This document shows, piece by piece, positions 9,415 through 18,754 of a DNA stretch of 64,000 nt; within the stretch, counting starts at the first letter, position 1, and each line of letters opens with the position of its first letter. Origin of the DNA: Alphaproteobacteria bacterium (lineage in GTDB: Bacteria; Pseudomonadota; Alphaproteobacteria; CALKHQ01); NCBI GenBank assembly GCA_965227515.1, contig CBDDFZ010000001.1, positions 3,264,001-3,328,000 of the forward strand, written 5' to 3'. Below the pieces are notes generated by a model. It searched no databases and was not told the origin of the DNA. It was given only the letters and a program-made list of their open reading frames with translations. The position numbers and the translations under genes are program-made.

Positions 9415-11334
9415 ATGAGCGCGACCTTCGACGACCTGGCCCTTACTCCCGCCCGCGAACGCGGCCCCGGCGCCACAACACCGGACCGGCGCCGGCGCCC
9501 ACGCTTTGGCATGCGCAGGCGTTACGCCCGTGCCATCTCGCTGCGCTTGATCATGGTCGCCGTGCTGGTGACCACGGCGTTGGTGCCGCTTGGCATCTTC
9601 TGGGCCTGGTCGCAGGCGGTCGCCTTTCAGAACCAGATCGACGACGTTGCCGACCGCCACTTGCTGTTGGCGCGCAATCTGACGGCCGCACTCTCGCGCT
9701 ATCAGCGCGATATTCGAGCCACCTTCACCCTGCTGTCCGCCAATGTCGCCAGCGGCGTCGAGATTCCCGGCATGGACGCGATGATGGCGAACCTGGGCAT
9801 TCGCTGCGTATGCCGGGTCGCGCCCGACGGCAGCGTGCGCGAGACCATCGAGGCGCCCGGCATCAGTTGCCCCGATGCCATCCGGCCGGCCCGGCTTGCC
9901 GTGCTGTCCCATGCCTCTGTCGAGGGCGCGGCAACGTTCTCCCACGTGATGGCCGATGCAGCCGGACGGCCCACGCTCTATCTGCTGAAGCGCGACGGCG
10001 GCGATCTCATCATCGGTGCGCTCTCCACCGATCATTTCATCGAGCTGGCCCGGTCGATCTCGTTCGGTGCCAATGGCCATGCCGCAATCGTCGACAACAC
10101 GGGCCGGGTGCTTGCCCACCCGAAGGCTGAGTGGCAGCAGGAGATGCGCGACATCTCAGCCGTGCCCGCCGTGCAGCGCATGCTGAACGGCCAGACTGGC
10201 ATCGGCCAGTTCTACTCCCCTGCCCTGGAAGACGACATGATCGCAGGTTTCAGCGCGGTTCCGGAGACCGGCTGGGGCGTGATGATTCCGCAACCGGTCA
10301 ACGAACTTCGCGATGCGGCGGCCGCGGCCAACCGGTCTGCCTTGCTGATCCTGGGCAGCAGCCTGGTGATTGCCGTGGCGCTGGGGTGGCTGCTGGCGAT
10401 GCGGCTGATCGCGCCGCTTCGCGCGGTGATCGCCGCGGCGCGGCGCATGGCAGGTGGTGAGGTCGGTGCCCGCATACCGACCCAGAACCGCGCGCTGCCG
10501 ATCTCCGAGTTTCGGGAAATCCGCTACGCGTTCAACGGCATGGCCTCGGCGGTGCAGCGCGCCAATGACAAGCAGCGGCAGGCCCGCCGTGCCGCCGACG
10601 ACGCCAACCAGGCGAAGTCGATGTTCCTGGCCAACACCAGCCACGAGTTGCGCACGCCCCTGAACGCCATCATCGGGTTCTCCGAAGCGATGGACCAGGA
10701 GATCTTTGGCCCGATCGGCGAGCCGCACTATCGCGCATACGTTGGCGATATCCGGCAGAGTGCCGGCCATTTGCTACGACTGATCAACGACCTGCTCGAT
10801 ATCTCCAGTTTCGATCTCGGCAAGCTGAAGCTGGCGGAGGCTGAGGTCAGGCTCTCGGTCATCATCGACGCGGTCGCGATCATGACCCGCCGCGCCGCGG
10901 AGGAAATGGATGTCGCCCTGACCTTCGGCACCGCGGGCGACCCCACGGCGCGCAACTGCGTGCTCTGGGTCGATGCGGACCGCCTGTCGCAGATCCTGAT
11001 CAATCTGGTCGACAACGCCCTGCGCCACACCCGTCCGGGCGGGCGCGTGACGGTGAACGGCCAGCGCACGGCCGATGGGGGGATGATGATCCAGGTTGCG
11101 GACAGCGGGTCGGGCATCGCCGCCGACAAGCTTGCCAACGTGATGGAGCCGTTCCAGCGCGGCGAGAAGGCATCGACCCGCAAGGACGAGGGCGTCGGCC
11201 TGGGCCTGGCCATCGTTGGCGCCATCGCGCGCAGCCATCAGGCGGAATTCACCCTCCAGAGCGTCCCTGGCGAAGGCACCACGGCGACCCTGATCCTGCC
11301 GCCGGAGCGTGTCGTCAAGGCGACGCAGCAATAG
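9415..11334 (+). CDS. Membrane sensor histidine kinase (Cache, HAMP, HisKA, HATPase)
   Basis: Two TM segments; H-box FLANTSHELRTPLNAIIGFSE; N-box NLVDNA; G-boxes DSGSGI and GVGLGL. Confidence 0.93.
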   Translation: MSATFDDLALTPARERGPGATTPDRRRRPRFGMRRRYARAISLRLIMVAVLVTTALVPLGIFWAWSQAVAFQNQIDDVADRHLLLARNLTAALSRYQRDIRATFTLLSANVASGVEIPGMDAMMANLGIRCVCRVAPDGSVRETIEAPGISCPDAIRPARLAVLSHASVEGAATFSHVMADAAGRPTLYLLKRDGGDLIIGALSTDHFIELARSISFGANGHAAIVDNTGRVLAHPKAEWQQEMRDISAVPAVQRMLNGQTGIGQFYSPALEDDMIAGFSAVPETGWGVMIPQPVNELRDAAAAANRSALLILGSSLVIAVALGWLLAMRLIAPLRAVIAAARRMAGGEVGARIPTQNRALPISEFREIRYAFNGMASAVQRANDKQRQARRAADDANQAKSMFLANTSHELRTPLNAIIGFSEAMDQEIFGPIGEPHYRAYVGDIRQSAGHLLRLINDLLDISSFDLGKLKLAEAEVRLSVIIDAVAIMTRRAAEEMDVALTFGTAGDPTARNCVLWVDADRLSQILINLVDNALRHTRPGGRVTVNGQRTADGGMMIQVADSGSGIAADKLANVMEPFQRGEKASTRKDEGVGLGLAIVGAIARSHQAEFTLQSVPGEGTTATLILPPERVVKATQQ

Positions 11335-11463
11335 GCTGGCCATTCGGTCCCGTCTCCATCGGCGCCTCCAGCGTCGCCAGCTTGTCGGGATGCGCAATTG
11401 TGCGGCACTCGATTTCGTGACAAGCTTTCGCCACACAAAAAAACGTTCTGGAGGAAACACGCC

Positions 11464-12468
11464 ATGATCAAGTGCCGCACTATGTTTGCGACGGGAGCGA
11501 TGACCGCCGTTGCCCTGGCGCTGGCCGCCACCGCCGCCTCGGCGGAGACCATCACCCTGGTCGGCGCCAGCCAGTTCGACGAGGACCACGCGTTCACCAA
11601 GACCATGCGCCGTTTCGAGGAACTGGTGCAGGAATATTACGAGGGCGAGGACGAGGTCGTTTTCGAACTCCACCTGAACAGCGAACTCGGCCTGGAGAAG
11701 GACTACTTCGAGTACATGAGCCAGGGCATCTCGGTCGACTATGCGATCGTGGCGCCCTCCCACATGTCCACCTTCTCCCAGATGGCGCCGTTGATGGACA
11801 TGCCGTTCCTGTTCCGCGATCTGGACCACTGGAACGCGGTGCTGGATGGCGACGCGATGCAGCCCATCGCCGACGACATCTATGAGAACGCGGGTGTGCA
11901 TCTGATCGGCTATGCCGGTGGCGGCACCCGCAACCTGATCGTGAACCGCCCGGTCACCAATATGGAAGAACTGGAAGGCCTGTCGATGCGGGTGATGGGC
12001 GCGCCGATCCAGACCATGATCTTCGAGGCGATCCAGGCGGCCCCCACCGTTATCGCCTATGACGAGGTCTACAACGCGATCCAGACCGGCGTCATCGACG
12101 CGGCCGAGAACGAGGCCGCCGGCATCGAGCAGATGAAGTTCTACGAGGTCGGCCCCCATATCGCGCTGACCCAGCATGCCATCACGGTGCGGCCGCTGTG
12201 CTTCTCCGGCGCCACGTTCGACCGCCTGCCGGAGGACCTGCAGGAAGTCGTCCTGCGCGCGGGCCGCGAGGCCGGTGCCTATGGCCGCGCGCTTGAGTCC
12301 GGGCAGGACTCCGAGAAGCTGGCGACCATGGAAGAAGCCGGCTGGCTGGAGACTCATGAATTTACCGAGCGCGATCAGCTTCTTGAGCTGGCGGCTCCGG
12401 TGAAGGAAGAGTACGCGGAGTCCCTCGGCGCGTCCGAGGTGCTCGCCGCGATCAACGCCGTCAAGTAA
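11464..12468 (+). CDS. dctP: TRAP transporter substrate-binding protein
   Basis: Signal peptide; GL.MRVM and EVYNAIQTGVIDAAEN motifs. Confidence 0.92.
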   Translation: MIKCRTMFATGAMTAVALALAATAASAETITLVGASQFDEDHAFTKTMRRFEELVQEYYEGEDEVVFELHLNSELGLEKDYFEYMSQGISVDYAIVAPSHMSTFSQMAPLMDMPFLFRDLDHWNAVLDGDAMQPIADDIYENAGVHLIGYAGGGTRNLIVNRPVTNMEELEGLSMRVMGAPIQTMIFEAIQAAPTVIAYDEVYNAIQTGVIDAAENEAAGIEQMKFYEVGPHIALTQHAITVRPLCFSGATFDRLPEDLQEVVLRAGREAGAYGRALESGQDSEKLATMEEAGWLETHEFTERDQLLELAAPVKEEYAESLGASEVLAAINAVK

Positions 12469-12604
12469 GGCCGACAGCGGGAACATCCGCACGCCTGCCG
12501 GCCGCCGGTTTGCGCCCTCGCGCGCATCCGGCGGGCGGGGGTGTGCGCCCGCCCCTTGCCCGCCGCGTGCCCCGCCGCGTGCATAGCCTGACACACCGCC
12601 GGCC

Positions 12605-13177
12605 ATGCCTCAGCCTGTGACGCCAGGGGGCGATACGCCCGCCGCGCACCCCAGACCGCACCTGTTCACACGGGTCGTGGCTGGTTACTACCGTGTGCTG
12701 AAGGTCCTGCTGACCGTCCTGATGGCGGTCATCATCGTGCCGGTCACGATGCAGGCCCTGTCCCACAACATCACGGCCGTGCCCAGCTACATCTGGACCG
12801 AGGAGATCGCGCGCTTCTGCTTCGTGTGGATCATCATGATCGGCGCGATGATCGCGGTGCGCGACGGCACCCATTTCGACGTCGATATCCTGCCCGACAC
12901 CATGTCGGCGCGGGTGAACGCGGCGGTGAACCTGTTCGTGCACCTGGCGATCTTCCTCGTCGCCCTCACCTTCCTGGTCTACGGCTACGACTTCGCCGAG
13001 CTGGGGTCGCGGCAACGCTCCGAAATCTCGGGCCTGCCGATGCTGTCGATCTACATCGCCTGGCCGATTGCCGGCGCCTCCTGGGTGCTGTTCCTGGTCG
13101 AGCGGGTGGCGGTCGACCTGAGGAAATTCGCCGCCGGCGACGCGGCGGATCCCGCAAGTTCGGACGGCGCCGCATGA
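12605..13177 (+). CDS. dctQ: TRAP transporter small permease
   Basis: Four TM segments; WTEEIARF; HFDVD. Confidence 0.9.
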   Translation: MPQPVTPGGDTPAAHPRPHLFTRVVAGYYRVLKVLLTVLMAVIIVPVTMQALSHNITAVPSYIWTEEIARFCFVWIIMIGAMIAVRDGTHFDVDILPDTMSARVNAAVNLFVHLAIFLVALTFLVYGYDFAELGSRQRSEISGLPMLSIYIAWPIAGASWVLFLVERVAVDLRKFAAGDAADPASSDGAA

Positions 13178-13187
13178 AGGGCATCCA

Positions 13188-14567
13188 ATGAGCGCGGGTG
13201 AAGTCGCCACCATCATGTTCTCGGTGTTCGGCGTGCTGGTGCTCCTGCGGGTGCCGGTCGCCTTCGCGCTGGGGCTGGCATGCGTCCCGATCTTCATCTT
13301 CGCCGAGCGGCTGACGCCGATCATGCTGCCGCGCGAGATGTTCAAGTCCTACAACGCGTTCGTGCTGCTGGCGGTGCCGTTCTTCCTGCTGGCCGCGAAC
13401 CTGATGAACTCGGCCGGCATCACCGACCGGCTGGTCACCCTGGCCCGCACAATGGTCGGCCACCTGCCCGGCGGGCTCGGTCACATCAACGTCGTGGTGT
13501 CGATGATGTTCGCGGGTATCTCCGGCTCGTCGACCGCGGATGCGGCCGGCATCGGCTCGCTGTTGATCCCCTCGATGCAGAAGCAGGGTTACGATACCCG
13601 TTTCTCGGTGGCGGTCACCGCCTGCTCGTCGGTGATGGGCGTCATCATCCCGCCGTCGATCCTGATGGTGGTGTGGGGCGGGCTGATGACGGTGTCGATC
13701 GGCGGCCTGTTCCTGGCCGGTCTGATTCCCGGCGTGCTGATCGGGCTGTCGATGATGGCCACCGTCTACGTCTACGCCCGCATCTACGGCTATCCGATCT
13801 ATTCGCGCGCCAGCATGGCGGAGTTCATCATCGCGCTGGGCGGCGCGTTCCTGGCGCTGATGACGCCGGCCATCATTGTCGGCGGCATCGTCGGCGGCCT
13901 GTTCACCCCGACCGAGGCATCGGTGGTGGCCGTCATCTACTCCCTGCTGCTGGGCGTGTTCGTCTATCGCTCGATCAAGCCGCGCAACATCCCGAAGGTG
14001 CTGTACGACAGCGCCCGGTTCGCCGCGATCTCGCTGTTCTGCATCGGCACCGCGTCCGCGTTCGGCTGGATCCTGGCCTACTACCGCATTCCGCAGGCGC
14101 TGGTGGACATGATCGCGGTCTGGGAACTGGGCACCATCGGGACAGGGCTGGTCATCGTTGCCGCGTTCCTGGTGTTCGGCATGTTCATCGACGCCATCCC
14201 GGCCATCATCATTCTCGGCACGGTGCTGTGGCCGGTGGCCGAGGCGGCCTGCATCCACCCGATCCACTTCGCCATCATCGGCGTCGTCTCGCTCGCGTTC
14301 GGACTGGTCACCCCGCCCTATGGCCTTTGCCTGCTCATCGCCTGCGCCATCGGCAAGATCAAGGTGCGCCATGCGCTGCGCGACGTGGCCGTGTTGTTGT
14401 TGCCGATGCTGGCCGTGCTGTTGCTGATCGTGGTGCTGCCCGAGATGATCATGGCGCTGCCGCAATGGCTGATGCCGGAATTCGTGCAGGATGTCTGCCC
14501 GATGACCGAGGCGGCGCTCGACCCGACGCTGTCAGATTTGAAGGCGCGCGCTTTCGGCAATCTGTAG
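13188..14567 (+). CDS. dctM: TRAP transporter large permease
   Basis: LLAVPFFLLA, SGSSTADAA, IIPPSI, TPPYG. Confidence 0.93.
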   Translation: MSAGEVATIMFSVFGVLVLLRVPVAFALGLACVPIFIFAERLTPIMLPREMFKSYNAFVLLAVPFFLLAANLMNSAGITDRLVTLARTMVGHLPGGLGHINVVVSMMFAGISGSSTADAAGIGSLLIPSMQKQGYDTRFSVAVTACSSVMGVIIPPSILMVVWGGLMTVSIGGLFLAGLIPGVLIGLSMMATVYVYARIYGYPIYSRASMAEFIIALGGAFLALMTPAIIVGGIVGGLFTPTEASVVAVIYSLLLGVFVYRSIKPRNIPKVLYDSARFAAISLFCIGTASAFGWILAYYRIPQALVDMIAVWELGTIGTGLVIVAAFLVFGMFIDAIPAIIILGTVLWPVAEAACIHPIHFAIIGVVSLAFGLVTPPYGLCLLIACAIGKIKVRHALRDVAVLLLPMLAVLLLIVVLPEMIMALPQWLMPEFVQDVCPMTEAALDPTLSDLKARAFGNL

Positions 14568-15593
14568 CAGGGCGTCGGTCGGCTCCGGCCCCACGACGAC
14601 GAAGGCGTGGCCGCTGTCGCGCCAGCTCACCAGCCCCATCTCGTCGCGCACCGTCTCGGTGAAGCCGGCGTCCTCCCGCTCGGTGGCCAGGAAGCAGAGC
14701 CCGATCACGGTGTCCGCCGCATCGGCATACATGAGCTGCGCCACCGGCGCGCCGTCGATGAACAGCAGCCGCGCGCCCTGGAAATCCAGCCCCTGCGCGG
14801 CAAGGTCGGGAATGGCGAAGTCGAGGCCGAGCCGCGCGCCGAGCCAATCGGTGATGTGCTCGCTCTCGTCGGCCGCCACCTCGACCAGATGGCGGGATTC
14901 CGCGCTATAGGCCCGGTGGTACTGGGCAACCTGGGTCAGCCAGCCATGTCGTATCTGCTCGGTCTCGGCCTGGCGCTCGACGCCGGCGTCGATGCCGGTG
15001 CGATAGGCGAGCGGGATGCCGGCCGCGGCGATCAGGAGCCCGGCGGCCGCCGCCATCGCCCAGCCGGTTGCCGCTGACAGGAACCGCCGCCGGGGGCGGA
15101 ACTGGGCGACGTTGCCCTCGTCCGCCGCTCCCTCCAGCGCGTCGGTTCCGTGGCGCGTCTCGCCCTGCAGTCCGGTCTGCGGCCGCGCGGAAATGTCGGG
15201 CGCGTCCGGCTGCGGGTCCAGCCACGACCGCACGTGCGGCGCTTCCAGCCTGTCGTCGTCCGCCGCCGGCCGGGGCACCTCGCCCGGCGTGTCGGCGGTC
15301 TCGGGCGCGCTCTCCATGGGCGGTGAGGCCGGGCGGCCCTCGCCTCGCGTGGCGCGGACCAGATCCATGGTGACCGGCGCCTGGATCACGGCGTCGAAGG
15401 CGCGCGGCAGCGCGGCATCCAGACTGCGCATCTGCTGCGCCAGGCGCACCAGTTCCGGGTCGTGGGCGATCAGGGCCTCGACCTCGCGCGCGGTCTCCTC
15501 GTCCAGCGCACCGTCCAGCCACGGCGCCAGATAATCGCGCACCGTGCCCGGGTTCAGGCGCGGCAGGCCCTCATATGCCGGGTGGTCAGGCAT
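14532..15593 (-). CDS. Transmembrane anti-sigma factor with long acidic/Pro-rich linker
   Basis: N-terminal WLDGALD; one TM; periplasmic WL.ARLG..IPDL..QG..F.GARLL...AQLMY typical of COG5662-type anti-sigmas; overlaps the sigma stop. Confidence 0.88.
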   Translation of the reverse strand: MPDHPAYEGLPRLNPGTVRDYLAPWLDGALDEETAREVEALIAHDPELVRLAQQMRSLDAALPRAFDAVIQAPVTMDLVRATRGEGRPASPPMESAPETADTPGEVPRPAADDDRLEAPHVRSWLDPQPDAPDISARPQTGLQGETRHGTDALEGAADEGNVAQFRPRRRFLSAATGWAMAAAAGLLIAAAGIPLAYRTGIDAGVERQAETEQIRHGWLTQVAQYHRAYSAESRHLVEVAADESEHITDWLGARLGLDFAIPDLAAQGLDFQGARLLFIDGAPVAQLMYADAADTVIGLCFLATEREDAGFTETVRDEMGLVSWRDSGHAFVVVGPEPTDALLQIAESARLQI

Positions 15594-16104
15594 TCGCCTG
15601 CTCCGCGGTTGCCGCCGCCAGCGCGCCGCGCGCGCGCGACAGCCGGCTCATCACGGTGCCGATGGGAACCCCCAGATGGTCGGCGGCCTCCTGGTATGAC
15701 CGGCCCTCCACCGACACCAGCATCAGCGCCACGCGCTGGTCCTCCGGCAAGGCCAGGATCAGCCTGTCGAGCAGGGTGAGCTCGGTCCGCGCCTCGGCCG
15801 CCTGGGCCGACCTCTCGTCCACCAGGTCGGCCGTGTCCACGCTGCCCGTACCTGCCCGCACCGCGTTCGCGCGCAACCGGTTCTTCCAGATCGAGTGCAT
15901 TATCGAGAACATCCAGCTGTCCAGCCGCGTGCCCGGCGTGAACTGGTCCATGCGGTCGAGCGCGCGGGCGCAGGCGTCCTGCACCAGGTCGTCGGCGCCA
16001 TCCAGATTGCCGGCGAGGCTGATGCCGAATCGGCGCAGGCGCGGCTGCAACTGAACGAGCGCACCGGGCAGGTCAAAGCCGTCTCCCATTCTGCGGTCGG
16101 CCAT
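15586..16104 (-). CDS. ECF RNA polymerase sigma factor (ECF26-like)
   Basis: ADDLVQD, SWMFSIM, SYQEAADHLGVPIGTVMSRLSRAR. Confidence 0.93.
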   Translation of the reverse strand: MADRRMGDGFDLPGALVQLQPRLRRFGISLAGNLDGADDLVQDACARALDRMDQFTPGTRLDSWMFSIMHSIWKNRLRANAVRAGTGSVDTADLVDERSAQAAEARTELTLLDRLILALPEDQRVALMLVSVEGRSYQEAADHLGVPIGTVMSRLSRARGALAAATAEQANA

Positions 16105-16165
16105 GACCCCCTATCCCCGTATCGTCGTCATTCGAGCATACGGATCACGGCGCTGAATATCCGAC

Positions 16166-16191
16166 AACACCTGCGCAAGCATGTTTATTCC
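16166..16191 (-). promoter_or_regulatory. Putative autoregulatory ECF promoter GGAAT-N18-GTT
   Basis: Minus strand reads GGAATAAACATGCTTGCGCAGGTGTT upstream of the sigma gene; identical spacing to two other copies. Confidence 0.75.
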
Positions 16192-16235
16192 ACGCACATT
16201 CAAAAAAATATTTGGCGAAAAATTTTGGCTCATCG

Positions 16236-16261
16236 GGAATAAAACCGGGCGGCTGATTGTT
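16236..16261 (+). promoter_or_regulatory. Putative ECF promoter GGAAT-N18-GTT
   Basis: GGAATAAAACCGGGCGGCTGATTGTT upstream of paralogue A. Confidence 0.75.
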
Positions 16262-16370
16262 TTCACAATGTGTACGGCAGGTGATCGCCACCCGCCAACA
16301 CAACAAAGTTAATCAGTGGAAGGCCAATCGCATACCGATCCAAGCAACCTGATGACATCGGATAACCGCG

Positions 16371-16437
16371 AAGCGCCAACACTACAATAACAGCGCTACT
16401 CATCGGGTGGATTTTGAAGGTTCAGCATTGAAACGGC
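16371..16437 (+). promoter_or_regulatory. Conserved 67-nt leader element, copy 1
   Basis: 54/67 ungapped identity to 18228-18294; function unknown. Confidence 0.55.
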
Positions 16438-16463
16438 TACACGCCCCTCTAACGGAGAAAATC

Positions 16464-16820
16464 ATGTCTGCAACCATCGATGTCCAACAGAACGACGCCG
16501 CCGGCCTGCGCGCCGGACCGACCGACTTCATCGCCCGCCTGGTGACCAAGCGATACAAGGTGACCTCCAACGTGCATGCCAAGAGCGGGACTGTCATCTA
16601 CAAGATGCGCCCCGGACATTCGCTGCAAGCTACTTATGAGATGCGTGCCCCCGACGGCAAGACCTACACGGGCGTCGTCACCGCCACCTCGGCCAGCACC
16701 GGCACCTATGTGGACTCGACCGGCAACCTGACCGGCTCGCTGGAGATGGTCGACGTGCTGGGCGACACGGTGAACTGGCGCAGCGACGACGACAAGGAAT
16801 TCGGCAAGCTCCTGCGCTAA
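16464..16820 (+). CDS. Hypothetical 118-aa beta-rich protein, paralogue A
   Basis: GGAG RBS; 70/118 identical and colinear with 18322-18678. Confidence 0.85.
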   Translation: MSATIDVQQNDAAGLRAGPTDFIARLVTKRYKVTSNVHAKSGTVIYKMRPGHSLQATYEMRAPDGKTYTGVVTATSASTGTYVDSTGNLTGSLEMVDVLGDTVNWRSDDDKEFGKLLR

Positions 16821-16858
16821 CCGCCGCCCCGCAATCATTGTTCGAATTCAAACCCAGC

Positions 16859-16907
16859 AACCGGGCGGCGCGAAGCTGACTCGATCAGGGCCGCCCGGTT
16901 ATTTTTC
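16859..16907 (+). terminator. Intergenic hairpin, possible terminator or attenuator
   Basis: 11-bp stem AACCGGGCGGC/GCCGCCCGGTT followed by ATTTTTC, just before the next RBS. Confidence 0.6.
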
Positions 16908-16920
16908 GGAGGACTTTCTC

Positions 16921-17991
16921 ATGGGTATGACCCCCCAAGAAGCCCGTGGACTTGTTGATATGTACGTCGATGCCAATCTCGGCGTGTTTGGCCGGGTGTT
17001 TCCGAAGGACGCGTTCGCGATCCTTAACAACGGCGATACCGTGTCGTCTGCGGTTTCCGCATTGCTGACGGCGGTGACATTTCCCACTCTCAATATTGTG
17101 TTCTCGGCGGCCGGCAAGCTGCGCGAACGTTCGCGCAAGAGCCTGAAGGACGACATCCGCCTCCAGGAGATGGAAATGCGGGTGGAGATCGCGCCCTTGG
17201 ACAAGGACGGCAAGCTGATCGTCCAGGGCGAGGACGAGGTGGCGCCGGTGCGCGTGCTTGGCATCGACCCGTTCAAGACCAAGGCGATCCGCGTGGTGGA
17301 GACCGAGGACGGCAAGTTCATCACCCCGTCCGCCGATGGCAACAAGCTGCAGTTCGAGCCTGATATCGCCAATGTTGCCTCGACATTGCTGAAGGCAGCC
17401 GGCGGTGCGCTGCCGATACCGGGCGCCGGTGCGGTGGCGGGCGGCGCTGCGGCGTTGCTCGGCGCGGCCGGTCCCAAGCTCGGCCTCAGCTTCGATCTGT
17501 TCGGTGGTGCGGACAAGCCCAAGGTGCGCCTGCCGGTCGTAGAGAAGTCGACCATTGCCTCGCGGACCGAGTTTGCCTGGTACATGCGCTCGCTGGACGC
17601 CAAGACCGTCGGCGAGGGCCAGACCGAGGTTCTGTTGGCCGACGGCACGCAGTTCGGCTCGGCGTTCCTTCAGTTGCGCCGCGACGTGGCCAAGCTGCGC
17701 GTCAACATGCTTCTGGCGACCGACTGGAAGAACTCGATCCCGAACCTGTTCGAGGAAGAGTCCGTCACCCTGCAGGTCTTCCACCCGCCGGTGCCGAAGA
17801 CCCCGCAACTCACCGACTTTTCGTCGACCAGCGACATACGCCTGATGGTGCCGACCCGCGAGGTGCAGGAGTTCCTCGGCGTCGACGAGGAAGAGGTTGC
17901 GGCAATGATCACCGCCGGCGAGCTTGTCGCTTTCGGTAAGGAACAGGCAGCCGTCACCCGCTCCTCCTTGCTCAAGCTGATCGGCGAATAG
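16921..17991 (+). CDS. Hypothetical protein with central Gly/Ala hydrophobic segment and C-terminal excisionase/MerR-like HTH
   Basis: GGAGG RBS; C-terminal PTREVQEFLGVDEEEVAAMITAGEL resembles HTH_17. Confidence 0.75.
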   Translation: MGMTPQEARGLVDMYVDANLGVFGRVFPKDAFAILNNGDTVSSAVSALLTAVTFPTLNIVFSAAGKLRERSRKSLKDDIRLQEMEMRVEIAPLDKDGKLIVQGEDEVAPVRVLGIDPFKTKAIRVVETEDGKFITPSADGNKLQFEPDIANVASTLLKAAGGALPIPGAGAVAGGAAALLGAAGPKLGLSFDLFGGADKPKVRLPVVEKSTIASRTEFAWYMRSLDAKTVGEGQTEVLLADGTQFGSAFLQLRRDVAKLRVNMLLATDWKNSIPNLFEEESVTLQVFHPPVPKTPQLTDFSSTSDIRLMVPTREVQEFLGVDEEEVAAMITAGELVAFGKEQAAVTRSSLLKLIGE

Positions 17992-18150
17992 AGCCCGTCC
18001 CGCTATCGCAGGGCCGCGTCCCACGTGCTGGGGCGCGGCCGCTTCCCCCCGGTTCCCGCGCATCGTCGCGAACAGCCAGCCGTACCCGGGCCTTCCGGGT
18101 TCTTCCCGTCACGAGCGGAAAAGGCTTTTCGAAAAAATGCCGGGTCATCG

Positions 18151-18176
18151 GGAATAAGTCCGGCGGGAAGGTTGTT
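18151..18176 (+). promoter_or_regulatory. Putative ECF promoter GGAAT-N18-GTT
   Basis: GGAATAAGTCCGGCGGGAAGGTTGTT; shares flanks TCATCG and ATGTGnACG with the 16236 copy. Confidence 0.75.
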
Positions 18177-18227
18177 CTCCCGATGTGGACGCCGAAAACG
18201 ACAAATCAGCGCCTTGGTGGCAATGCC

Positions 18228-18294
18228 AAGCGCCAACACCAAAACAACAGCGCCATCCATCGGGAGGGTTTCGAAGGCTCAGCAACGACACGGC
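18228..18294 (+). promoter_or_regulatory. Conserved 67-nt leader element, copy 2
   Basis: 54/67 ungapped identity to 16371-16437. Confidence 0.55.
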
Positions 18295-18321
18295 CAATTG
18301 GCCACGGGGAAGGAGTTCACG

Positions 18322-18678
18322 ATGTCTGAGACCATCGAAGCCCATCACAACGCTGCCGACACCTTGCGGGCCGGTCCCGCCTACTTCATCGCCCGCCTCG
18401 TCAACAAGCGGTATGCGGTGATCTCCAACGTCCATGCGAAGCAAGGCACCGTCATCTACAACGCGCAGCCCGGCCGGCCGCAACAGGCCACCTATGAGAT
18501 GCGCACGCCCGACGGCGAGACCTTCGCCGGCTCCGTGACCGCGGTGACGACGAACACCGCCATCTTTGCCGACACCAGGGGCGAGCAGACTGGCTCGATG
18601 GAAATGGTCGACAGCGGCGGGAGCACGGTGAGTTGGCGCAGCACCAATGGCAAGCAGTTTGGCCAGCTTGTGCGCTGA
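18322..18678 (+). CDS. Hypothetical 118-aa beta-rich protein, paralogue B
   Basis: AAGGAG RBS; 59% identical to paralogue A. Confidence 0.85.
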   Translation: MSETIEAHHNAADTLRAGPAYFIARLVNKRYAVISNVHAKQGTVIYNAQPGRPQQATYEMRTPDGETFAGSVTAVTTNTAIFADTRGEQTGSMEMVDSGGSTVSWRSTNGKQFGQLVR

Positions 18679-18754
18679 ACGCTGCGCCCCGGACATCTCA
18701 CCCCGTCAAACACATTGAACACGCTCCAGGTATCAGGGGCGCGGCCGACTTCTG

